Source: Marsupella aquatica
Lineage: Eukaryota > Plantae > Marchantiophyta
Reading direction: 5' to 3'
Assembly (NCBI GenBank): GCA_973895155.1
Contig: OZ316891.1
Location: 16,643,651-16,707,650, forward strand
DNA length: 64,000 nt
Shown in pieces: positions 52,701-64,000 of the stretch (its first letter is position 1; each line of letters opens with the position of its first letter). Under the pieces are notes generated by a model. That model was not told the origin of the DNA, made no database searches, and worked only from the letters and a program-made list of their open reading frames with translations. A program made the position numbers and the translations under genes.

Positions 52701-53019
52701 CTGCTTGGCAGTCTGGAGATGCTAGATTGAGCAGATTGCCAATGCGATTTAGTAGACCTGTGGGGGTCCTAAACCTGCATCATTGTCTTTGGTAGCATTT
52801 AGTGGTGTGATCATTGATCCTGACAATTTGATTGAGGGCAACGTACATGTAGCAGATATTCCAACAGTGGAGCAGTCACATGAGGAGAAGGTCATGCAAG
52901 GGTTACCTGTTGGTAGTGTTGTGCCACCACAGCTAGGAGCAGAGCAGTCTCCTACAGGTAGGTTGGTGACTCTTTCACCATTGGATACCACTCCCATTGC
53001 ATGGCAGTATCCACCAGAG

Positions 53020-53960
53020 GATATTTGTTTGTTGGATTTATTTGGTGAGATTAGCACTGGATTGGTTGTTGTTCTTCAGGCAAGAATTTCAGTGTGTCGT
53101 TACTTGTATGTGGAGATAGATGAGACAACATGGAGAGTCTCATTGCGCCATGTGGCTATGTTGGTGGATTGTTATCCATAGTTATTGCCAGTGGATGTTG
53201 TTCATGGCTATCAGCAAGCACTGCCTACTGATATTTTATTGTTGGGGGTGGATCATTTGGATTGCATTGGCCCTATTGATTTGGTGATTGCTGGTTGGCC
53301 ATGTCAAGGCCTATCTAGAGTTGGAGTTGGAGATGGACTTCATGATCCACAATCTGCATTGTTTTGGGAGATGTTACGGGTGTTGCGTCATCTCTAATGC
53401 ATTAGACACAGTCTCCAACCTACATTTTGGAGAATGTGCCACTCTTGGGTGATCATTGTCAGTGGATTGTTGCCAGTGTTCATCAAGTGAGGTCTTGGAT
53501 TGGACCTACTGTGTTATTGGATGTTGCACATGTGGGTTCTTGTGCACATCGTCCACGTTTGTGGTGGACTAATTTGTTATCAGGTGAGGTGTTGAAGCGA
53601 GCATTTGACAACATTCCTTGCTTGCCAACCTTGGTAGTGGATGATATTTTGGATCCAGGGCGTTGTTCACAAGGTGTGACCCGGCCTGACAGATCTCCAT
53701 TGGCCATAGTCAATGTGGTTGGGCATCCACGTTGTGCATTACCCACTTTTGTGAGCCACTCTGCTTCATATGCTTTTAGCGCATGTGGCCCTGGACTTGT
53801 GTGATACAGCTCTATGACAGTTAGTAGAGCCCACTACTGATGAGAGAGAGCGGGCCATGGGGTTCTCCATAGGTACAACTGCTGTTGCATCTATGTCAGA
53901 GAGTTCACGCCGCCAGGTCCTTGGCCAAGCCATGGATTTGAATTGTTTGACTTGGATTGT
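53020..53960 (+). pseudogene. DNMT3-like C5-cytosine DNA methyltransferase domain inside gypsy pol
   Basis: Motifs in canonical order: I LLDLFGEISTG, II YVEID, III TDI, IV DLVIAGWPCQGLS, V DPQSALFWE, VI ENVP, VIII AHRPRLWWTNL, IX ERERAMGF..GTT, X RRQVLGQAM. Disrupted by stops (53179, 53395) and two frameshifts. Confidence 0.92.
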
Positions 53961-54168
53961 CAGTTTGGGAGTAGAGCAATTCTGGAAGCGCTCTATTGGC
54001 ATTATAGATTGTCCATTGGTGAGCTTGCGGCCTACTAAGATAGTAGTGGCCATAGTTGGGGGTGAGCAAACAACCCATGGACCTATGGCAGGATTGGCCA
54101 AGGCTGGACAGATTGTTGAGCAAGAAGGGACTGCTCAAACTATTGCTAAATAGCAATCATCAGCTATC

Positions 54169-54897
54169 TTGTCTACCCTACAAGAAGATATTAGGGATTT
54201 GGTGGAGAGTTGGGAGCCACAGATTGGTCCTAAGTTAACAAGGGAGGAGAGATGTCGCATGCATCGATTCCTAAAGAGTTACTGGAATTGTTTTGCATTC
54301 AGCATGAAAGATTTGGGGACATTGAAGGGCCTTGGTATTCAAATTGAATTGGCTAGTGATGCGTCAATCTTTTGTACACCATACCGTTATAGTGACATGA
54401 AGAAAGCTTTGATTTGGAGCAAAACTCAAGATTTGTTGGAGGTTGATTTGGTGGAGATCTTGTACGGGGAGTATGCCAATAAGGATGTGCATGGTAATTA
54501 CACGGATAGGCACATGTGTGGTGATTACCAACCTATTAATTGTCAGACAAAATCTGATCGATATGCCATGCCCATACCTGAGGAGATCTTTGATGTTGTG
54601 GGGCATGCAAAGGTTTTTAGTTCATTGGATTTGAGGGCAGGGTACCATCAGCTTCCGGCCATCAGACATTTTGACAGGTCCAAAACAACATATGGGGAAT
54701 TGATTTGCATGGCAAGGATCGTTTGTATCAGTGGTTGTTCTTACCATTTGGGTTGAAGAATGCACCAGCTGAATTCCAGAGAGTCATGGATCAAATTCTT
54801 ACAGGTTTGGATTGTGTCAAATGTTACATTGATGATATTTTGGTCTATTTTTCCATTGTGGAGGAACATCAACAGCACTTACAGATTGTGTTGGAGA
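54169..54897 (+). pseudogene. gypsy reverse transcriptase (N-terminal part)
   Basis: CGDYQPIN, YAMPIPEEIFD, FSSLDLRAGYHQ, LPFGLKNAPAEFQRVM and YIDDILV. It breaks off at about 54897. Confidence 0.92.
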
Positions 54898-56483
54898 CAC
54901 AACTACATTTCGCTACGTCGTGACTTCCTTCCACGTCTTGTGACGTAACGTTCTTCCTCATTATGTCTTCTACTACGTCATAACCCAAAATTCTTGACGT
55001 AAGCCAAACCGCGGGTGACACCAGGAGGCTTTCAATTCCAAATTTACGTCGTCTAGAGCTTCTCAAAAGTAACGTATCTCCCAACAGGACTATTAACGTC
55101 ATTTGGTTCGAGGTAAACAATTATACGTTGTACTATACGACGTAACTTAATTTGTTTGGAGAGACGTATATATGGACGTCGTTTGAGATGTGGCTCTAAC
55201 CGATACCATGCATAAGACTACGTAGAATGCATGCTCTACCATGTTAGATGTAAATGACAAATGTGGGTAACGCCGTAAATGTTTTGAAATCCGTCATGAG
55301 TAAGGTTTTTTGTGGGAGTTTTTGGGTCAAGGCTATTGGGACCTCACTACACGCCCATTCATGATTTCAGACGTCCACTCCTTGCTAGTGCACAGAATTT
55401 GCATTGTGAGATTGAAAGTCTTCAGCTATGGTGCATAAGATATTCAAGGATGTTCATTGTTGTTTTGTTCCGCTAGGTGAAGAAGACAAGATTATTCGTG
55501 GGTTTTTTTGTCGTGGAGGTGTGATAGACAAGTTTTTTACCTCAAAGACGGAATATTTGCTTGCCAATACCTGGAAATAGGTCCGAGAGCACTTCAGTGA
55601 CTACCCTGGATTGATTGAGCACTTTGCAGAGATCGTGCATTTCATCTCAACTTTTTGGGTACAGTACTCCATTCTGGGCAATAAGGAGTTGGACCTAGGA
55701 GACTTGTTGCTGCATCCAGGGGACGATCTGATGCTGGATGATACGCCCAAGGATCATGATGGTGAGGCTTGTCCACCAAACTTGGCTAAATGTGAGTTGT
55801 CACCGACTAAGCTTGATATTGTGTTGTATGATTACAAGGAAAGTCGTGCAACTGAGGTTGAGGCTGAAAGGCTAAAGGTTGGTGAAGCAGTGGTCCACAA
55901 GAAATGGAACGCAAGCAATAGGCGTGATTCGTACAAAAAGAGGAAGGCAGATGAGGAGTACTACTAGTTTGGTGAAGGGACCCCTTAAGCTACACTAGTG
56001 CCAAGGTCAGTTGGAGATGGAGCACCATCATTTGCCTAGGATTGGAATCAGTTTAGACTGGAGTCAGACTCATGCCTTATGTGCACCTTGTATGTTTTTG
56101 AGCGCATGAATAAAAAGTCCATCCTAGGCAATTTATATTTGTAATGTGTACCATGAGTAACGTCGATTGAAAGATTTTACGTCACTAGAAGAATGGTTTA
56201 ATAAGAATTTACGTTGTCTCATACACGGTAACATAAATACATCCTTCACTGCGAGGTAAAATTGCAACGTACCCTTTTTACGTCGTTGATACAATGTAAC
56301 AATGATGTAACTATAAATTAACATTGGTACTATGGGTATACGCGACGTTGTGTTGTATAATGTTCTTTAGGGCAACGTTAATTAGTGCAAAGTGTGAATT
56401 GGCCTGCTTCATAAGGGTTTATGTGCTAGGACCCATTTAAGGTTGTTCGAAGGCCGAGGTTTAATGCTTTTTAATGTGTTCTT

Positions 56484-56652
56484 TGTTATAAGTGATAAAC
56501 CTAACCCTGGTAAACTAGACTTACCCTAGTGAATAGGGACAAGAGGTGGTTACATAACCACCACGCCATGTACTATATAGGGAGCCCTCATACTCCCAAA
56601 TGGAATAGAAGGTAGTGAGTTTGTTGGCGCATGAGATCTATGTCCCTGAATA
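56484..56652 (+). repeat. 5' LTR
   Basis: Direct repeat of 62351-62519. Confidence 0.97.
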
Positions 56653-56665
56653 CGTTATCAGCACG
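56653..56665 (+). promoter_or_regulatory. PBS (half-tRNA-Met type)
   Basis: CGTTATCAGCACG immediately after the LTR, without the usual TGG; matches Bianca-lineage PBS as I recall it. Confidence 0.7.
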
Positions 56666-57093
56666 ACTCTTGATCTGAGCATTTTTTTCCTTACACATCA
56701 GCTCGAGCAAAATTTTGTTTGAAAAAAAAAATGGAAAATCTCCACACCAGCCCACGAAAGACAAAAACATCTAAGGATTTCAGTTTTTTTTTAGGATTCC
56801 AACAATAGCTTTGCCCTCACATCAATCTCTCCTCCCTGAACGCGACCTTCTCCACAAAAATTACCCAACATCTAGCAAGGACGGCCCTTGAAATATCGGA
56901 GCAGGCACGAGGAAGGTCGATACAAGGCAAATGGACCATCAAGAATGGCTGTACACGGACCAATATCAGGGAAGTCCCGATCCCATCCCCCAAGATTACA
57001 CAATTTCAAACAAGATACACCAAGGAAAACTTAAGCAATTTCCATTCACTGAGACACTTCCGATTACCAAAGATACAATACTTCGATTGAACA

Positions 57094-60000
57094 ATGACTA
57101 CGATTGAGAAATTACAATTTAAGGCATTAGCCATAGACGGTGAAAATTATTTAACATGGTCACTTGACATTGAGGCCTATCTTGCATCCAAAGACTTGCA
57201 GGACGCAATCCTAACCGATGCAGGCCTCACACTACAACAGAAGGCAAGAGCGCTAATCTTCATTCGACATCACTTGGCCGAGCCACTCAAGACCCAGTAT
57301 CAGAACCAATATAATCATAGAATACTCTGGGAAGATGTGAGATTACGGTTCAACCACATGCGGCTTGTCTCCCTGCCAACGGCCCGCCATGACTGGATCA
57401 ATCTTAGAGTCCAAGACCACAACTCAATAGCGAGCTACAATGGCAAACTATTCCGGATCACCTCACAATTTGCAGTCTGCGGGCACCCCATCAATGACGA
57501 CGAAATGATAGAGCACACCCGTTCAACGTTCAACATAGGAAACTTACTCCTGGCATCACAGTACAGAAATATGGGCTTCACTAAATATTCTGAACTGATC
57601 GCATATATGCTTCTTGCCAAAAAAACACCAATTACTCCTCCTGGAGAATGCCAAATCTCGCCCACCAGGGGCCGCTGCACCCCCACCAAGACCAGAAGCC
57701 AACTTTAATCGCCAGAACGACAGGCCCAAAGGGAGAGGAAATGGAAACTTCAAGGGGAGAAGAGGCACAAACCCCGGTAGGGGTAGATATCAACAAGGCG
57801 GTAGAGGCATCGGCCAACCCAATAGAGAAGACCAAACATTCGGAAACTTTAACAGAAGAGGTGGATACAGAGGAAGAGGAGGCGGACTTAGAGGAAGAGA
57901 CCGAGGGGGGCGCCTCACCAGGGGATATTACAATTGGAACCGAGAAGACAATAACCCCATTGAATGTTTCAGGTGCAGAACAAAGGGACACCTACAAAGA
58001 GACTGTCGGGCACCGGCACACTTGGTCACACTCTACAAGCAGAGCCAGGAACAACCCACCAATAGAGCACAGGGCAACTACATGGAGGCCCTAGACAACA
58101 TTGAGGGCTATAGATTAGACCCAGCAGTACCCGAAGTCCACACCGCCCAACTAGGCTCCACCTCAACACCACCGAACGACCACAGTAACTGCATTGTGGA
58201 CAGCGGAACATCTCACTCAATACGACGAGACAGACATTATTTCCTCCAAATCACACCATCCAACAGATCCATGACAACGATAATAGGACCTAACCACATA
58301 GAGGAAGGCTACGGCCCGGCCAGAGTCAGATTCCCAAAAGGGACTACAATCTACATCGACTCAGCAATTTACGCACCAAGGGCGACAAAGAACCTAATCA
58401 GCTTCAACGATATCCGCGCAAATAAGCTACATGTCCACACTGATACCCACAACAATAGGGAAGTGCTGCAGATACTAGACAACACCAAACCAGGGGGAGG
58501 AGTCCAAGAGATCTTACCAATTTACCCCCTGGCTTATACATCGCCCGGATACACTCTTACCACACACAACTCCCCACTCTTAATTTAACTCAAACCTGGC
58601 ATAATTGCCTTGGTCACCCCGGCACCAATATGTACCATAACATTCTGAAGACCACGGTGGGGATACCCCACGGAGTTCACCCCTCAGCCTTGAACAAACC
58701 CTGCATCGCTTGTTCATAGGTACAGATGGTGACTCGGCCTGCACCATCAAAAACCATACATAAGATCCCACAATTTTTAGAGAGGATACAAGCAGATGTC
58801 TGCGGGCCAATCAAACCACCCTCCGGCCCATTCCGATACTTCATGGTCATTATAGACGCCTCCACCAAATGGTCATAGGTCTCATTGCTCTCCACACGGA
58901 ACCTAGTCTTCACCAAAATATATCTTATCTCACATACTGAAACTCAAACACCAATTCCCAGAGAATCCAATCAAAACCATCAGAGTTGACAACGCGGGGG
59001 AGTTTACCTCAAAAACGTTCGACAACTTTTGTGAGACTACAGGGATAGACACCAAATACTCGGTCCCACATGCCCACTTCCAGAATGGTATCGCCGAATC
59101 GGTGATAAAACGCATACAGATGGTGGCCAGGCCACTGCTAATGCAATCCAACTTACTAGCTTCAACATGGGGCCATGCGGTCCTACACGCTGCCGCCCTC
59201 CTAAGAATAAGGCCATCCTCCTGCAATACCCAGACCCCTCACTTCTTGGCATACGAAATGCCACCGAACATCACCCATCTCCAAACATTTGGATGCCTGG
59301 TCCTGGTCCCAATAGTCGGCCCCAAACGGACCAAAATGGGACCCCAGAGACAACGAGGCATCTACATGGGACTAGACTCATGTTCTATCATCAGGTACTT
59401 GGAACCTACGATAGTAGACATATTTAAAGCAAGGTTCCAAGACTGCCAATTCTTCGAAGATGAATTCCCAACTCTCGCCGAAGACATTGCTAGAAGCGGA
59501 CATGTCAAAGCACAAGAACTACAATGGCTGCCCACAAAACCAATCACTGATGACCACCGGACCAGAGAAGCAGACCAAGGAGTACAAAGGGTCCTCCATT
59601 TATAGCAGATGCTCACGAACTTACCTGACTCTTTCAACGATGCAGCCACAGTCACACGGTCACACACGGAGGCAGCAAATATACCCGCAAGAATTTCACG
59701 GACAGCCCCACAGGCAATGGTAGCCGCACCAAAGGCAAAATGGGGCCGACCTCTAGGCTCCAAGGATATGTACCCGCAACCACCACGCAGCGCATCACCA
59801 GCACCCACGGCAACCCCTGCACGAAGATCACCCCCTACAAGGGATACAACAAACGAGGAAATAACAATCAGCTACATACACACCAGACAGATGATGCAGC
59901 GAAATACAACACAAATCAATGACCACTTTGCATTCCATATCTCTGAGGAGATAACCAACAAAACCCCCGACCCCATTACAGTAGCAAAGGCCCAATCTCG

Positions 60001-61780
60001 ACCAGACTGGCATCAATGGGAGCTGGCCATAAACTCCGAATTAGACTCCCTGATAAAACAAAACATCTTTGGACCAGTAATCCCTGCCCCCGCAGGGACA
60101 CACCTTATGGGATATAAGTTCACATTTTTGAGGAAACAAAATGCAAAGGGAGAGGTAATCAGATACAAAGCTTGCTTGGTAGCGAAGGGCTACACCCAAA
60201 TTCCCGGCCGGGACTTTGACCAAACATACTCCCTGGTGATGGATTCCATAACATACCGGTACCTCATTGCGTTTACACTCTTGCACAAGCTCGTCATGTA
60301 CACGCTAGACGTGATAACAGCCTGCCTGTATGGTATCCTAGATACCACAATATACATGAAGGCACCCCTGGAACTGATCAAAAGAATAAGGTTCCACATT
60401 GAGGGGGAGAAGAATGGTACCACAGACTGCGATCTACAACCGGGCCTAACCCAAACCGGCCCTACAAGCGATTTGGACAAAATGACGAGCAAGCTCGGAC
60501 CTACAGTACCGACACCAAAGGATATGCTTCACACATTCGACCTCGGGAAACGAACAGTCCTCCTACCGAACACCTCTGCTACACAGCCAAAACGAGTCAA
60601 AAGAGAACTCGCAGTCCAAGTCCTACGCTCAATGTATGGATTAAAATAGAGCGGACACACCTGGTACAAACAATTCAAAGCTAAAATGCTCGCACTGAAC
60701 TTCAATACTGACAACATTGCCCCATGTTTGTTCCTCAAATAGGAGGCAGATGAATTTGTTATCATCGCAATTTATGTAGATGACATAAACATCTTTGGCA
60801 CAGCAACGATAATGCAGAAGACAATCAAAATCGTGAAGAAGACATTCAAGATAAGGGACATCGGGAAGCCTAGCTATTGCCTGGGATTACAATTCAACTA
60901 CTTGCAGCAGGGAATCCTGATCAACCAATCAACTTATACCGAAAAGGCGCTACGAAAATTCAACATGGCATCCGCCCACCCGGTCAGCACCCCCATGGAC
61001 CTAAGATCCTCAGACCCCACAAGGGACACCTTTAAAAAATGGGCAGAGACAGAGGAGGTTCTTGGCCCCAAGAAGCCATACCTCTCAGCCATCGGGGCCC
61101 TGATGTACCTAGCGACATAGTCACGCCCCGACATTGCTTTTGCCGTCAATCTACTTGCTTGTCATAGCTCCAACCCCACAATCCGACATTGGAATGGAGT
61201 AAAAAGGGTATTCCGATACCTGCGTGGCACAACGGACATGGGGCTATTCTTCCCCAAGAACTCAGAAAACATGCTGACCGGCTACGCGGACGCGGGCTAC
61301 CTCTCAGACCCAGACAATGCAAAATCCCAAATAGGATACGTCTTCCTACAAGGTGGCATGGCGATCTCTTGGAAAAGCAGCAAACAATCACTCACAGCAA
61401 CCTCCTCAAATCATGCCAAGATAATAGCACTTTACGAAGCCACCAGGGAAAGCATCTGGCTGAGAAACCTGATAAACCACATACACCTGCACACAGGCAG
61501 AGCGTAGCTAAAGAAACCAACAACTATATACGAAGACAATCGACCCTACGTGGAGCAGATAGTCCAGGGATTCATTAAAGGGGATAGAATCAAACACATA
61601 GCACCCAAATTCTTTTTCACTCACGGACAGCATGGCGAACAGGTCCAAGTACAATGGATTCCAAGTAAAGACAACCGCGCGGACTTGTTCACTAAACCAC
61701 TCCCACCAGCACTACACCGCAAACATGCATACGGGATAGGACTGCGAAGTATGGCATCACTTTTACAAGGAAAAGAATGA
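57094..61780 (+). pseudogene. copia gag-pol polyprotein, multiple stops and frameshifts
   Basis: gag DGENYLTWSLD, knuckle CFRCRTKGHLQRDC, protease IVDSGTSHSI, integrase (DVCGP, RVDNAGEF, QNGIAE), RT (YKACLVAKGY, YVDD at about 60773) and RNase H (GYADA, YEDN, ADLFTKPL). Confidence 0.95.
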
Positions 61781-62341
61781 CGCAGGCCATCAAGGAACTT
61801 ACCCAAACTGCACACCCATTACTGCCGATCAAACTGATACAACGGGAGCTCCAACATCATATGCTACCCCCAATCCGCCACCCCGAACCATCGAGAATCA
61901 CGCAGAACCGATGAGACTTGATCAATCCCAACACACAAACGACGACCTCCCAACATGGCCGCACCGACTACCAAACGAACGAAGATTCAAACGATGTCAG
62001 CAGCCCACCAAAGCAACAGACCGACGATTGGAGGCGTTCAACCCGTGGCCCGCATGATGCGTAAACAACTCCTTAAACATAAACACAGACCACGAGTCTT
62101 TAGACACATTAACGGACACATACATAGAGATTACACCTTTTAATTTCCCTTATGCACCCTTTTTGCATACTATAAGGACTTACATTCAATAACTAGACCC
62201 AAACTTATGTTATAGTAGTGGCACTCTTTCCATAATGGAAGCATGGTTTTAATGAGACCATACTACATTGGGCCAGACCATAGACCATAGGGTTAGCTTT
62301 CCCCATCATATGGTTGGCTGTAACACACTCATCACCCAACC

Positions 62342-62519
62342 AAGGGGGAGTGTTATAAGTGATAAACCTAACCCCGGTAAACTAGACTTACCCTAGTGAA
62401 TAGGGACAAGAGGTGGTTACATAACCACCACGCCCTATACTATATAGGGAGCCCCCATACTCCCAAATGGAATAGAAGGTAGTGAGTTTGTTGGCGCATG
62501 AGATCTATGTCCCTGAATA
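62342..62519 (+). repeat. PPT and 3' LTR
   Basis: AAGGGGGAG (62342-62350), then LTR 62351-62519. Confidence 0.97.
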
Positions 62520-62664
62520 TTCTTAGCTATAAAGTGAGGAAAGAAGAAACTTTGCACAACTCTCCCTCCAGTTTGCCAGATCCCAAATGCTAGAACATAT
62601 GTCAATATATATGTGGAAGGTGGGCATAGCCAATACATATAAATGGAGGGTGTGAAGGATAGTG

Positions 62665-64000
62665 TCAGTCCCCATCATCTGCAAGGACTGATGGCATTAA
62701 GCCCTTCCCTTGCCGAGGGAAAATTGGAATGACAATGGACCATCCTCTCATGGTGTGCATCGGAACCATAATGCACTGATCCACCTGGCTAGGAAAAACT
62801 ATGGTGTCACTAAACTCAGTCCCTGTGGGTGCAACTCGGGTTGTGTCCACGCGATAAAAACCACACTCATCCGCAACCATCGTAGCTCTCGCTGGAGGTG
62901 ACATGATCGACTTGTGCCACCTCACCTCTAATACAGTGGTGACAAATGACCCAAAATGAACATCTGAATTGTCCACAACTGTCCCACAATAAGGAACCTC
63001 TACATCATCTACATCAGTCATCATGAAGATTCCAGAGTTACAAGTACTCTTCTTCATATGGTCCGTCCTCCAAGTCCGAAAGTGGTGCCCTGACTCATAC
63101 ATGTGTGTATGAGTCGTGGCCCACATCCCTGGCCCCCTAATGATGTTTTGTACATCAATGGGAATGGATGTAGGCCCATGCAGAGCCAAGAGCCTGTCCA
63201 TGCGCTCCAAAGCCCAGACACAAAAAATGATGCAATGCCACGACCTGTTTGCGCAACTCCCACTTGAAGCTCCAACCATGCACTGCCAAATATGTTGTCA
63301 CAAGATTGTTAGAGATTTGCAGCCTTCTCAAATCCAAATCCAAATCACAATCTCATACAATTTTAGAGTACCATACCTATACATCTCCCTCCAATCAGAC
63401 ATCTCCGGTCGATTGCCCAACACATAATTATGGATCTGTCGATGGAAGATGTCATCATCCAATGATTGCTTCTTGGCCGCACCCATCAATTGCAACCCAC
63501 CATTGTCATCATCTTGTGCCTCTTCCCAAGTCATGGGAGCCACGCTGTCCAAACTCCCTATCACCCCCAAGAATAGAAATTAAAGACACTCTGACATAAT
63601 GAACCCTGTTGCCATACTTCCCTCAGGGCGAGCTGGTTGACGCACCCAACCCTTGAGCACCTTCATATATTGCTCAATCCAATACATCCACCGGGCATGG
63701 ACTGGGCCCGCAATGGCAACTTTATCCACTAGGTGACATAGCAAGTGCATTTGCATGTCAAATAGTACATGTTGGGGGGAACACTCGCTCCAAATTGCAC
63801 ATCACTTGCGCCGTCCTCTCCCTCATCAAAGGAATGTCAGACTCCTTGATCTCCTTGCCACATACCCACCTACGAGGCACTCAAAAACATTCCAGGAATA
63901 AATATCTCAACCCAACCAATTGTGGGCTAAGATGGTTACCAATTCAATGCCTAAGCTTATTGATCTCCCTCTACCTAAGATATTCCTAATAACGTCGTTC
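62665..64000 (-). pseudogene. CACTA transposase C-terminal part (DUF4218/DUF4216-like)
   Basis: Minus strand: FDMQMHLLCHLV and GPVHARWMYWIEQYMKVLKGWVRQPARPEGSMATG (about 63590-63760), then GHHFRT..TCNSGI..PYCG and FPSQVDQC (62665-63100). Confidence 0.88.

Larger units (their letters stand above)
46330..54897 (+). mobile_element. Ty3/gypsy LTR retrotransposon carrying a C5-DNA methyltransferase, decayed and 3'-interrupted
   Basis: gag 50283-51500, protease about 52385-52700, DNMT 53020-53960 and gypsy-type RT 54169-54897, all on one strand. The left limit (possible LTR about 46330-47237 ending TGTCAACA) is tentative. Confidence 0.85.
56484..62519 (+). mobile_element. full-length Ty1/copia, Bianca-type
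   Basis: 169-bp LTRs 56484-56652 and 62351-62519 (TG..TA, 4 differences), TSD TTCTT (56479-56483, 62520-62524), PBS CGTTATCAGCACG, PPT AAGGGGGAG and gag-PR-INT-RT-RH order. Confidence 0.97.
54898..64000 (-). mobile_element. CACTA/EnSpm element (runs off the window), interrupted by copia
   Basis: Transposase domains at 62665-64000 and ACGT-rich subterminal-like arrays at 54900-55230 and 56150-56380. The left terminus (CACAACTACA at 54898) is non-canonical and tentative. Confidence 0.6.

Noticed and set aside
53020-53960. Host DNMT3/DRM gene or bacterial contaminant methylase
   Set aside because: It is intronless, lacks regulatory domains, is not permuted, is colinear with protease and RT, and shows the same decay pattern as the retroelement.

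Overview
Eukaryotic, intron-containing, transposon-rich DNA. It is most likely from a land plant (inferred from telo-boxes, plant-type L1, Bianca-type copia, CACTA and an ATI3-like gene), probably a non-seed plant. Two host genes lie on the minus strand: an ATI3-like protein ending in an ATG8-interacting motif (22.7-24.4 kb) and a BRD8-like bromodomain protein (37.7-43.9 kb). Nested TE blocks flank them. The left block has a decayed L1 with an RTEX-like LINE inserted, a copia remnant, LTR-like fragments and a near-intact Crypton-type (DUF3504) tyrosine-recombinase transposon. The right block has a Helitron end and a Ty3/gypsy element whose polyprotein carries a complete DNMT3-like C5-cytosine methyltransferase domain between protease and RT. 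That element is cut by a CACTA element, which itself holds a full-length Bianca-type copia. The two highlights are the methyltransferase-bearing LTR retrotransposon (53.0-54.0 kb) and the intron-containing Crypton (15.6-19.4 kb). All calls were made by eye; no database searches were run.
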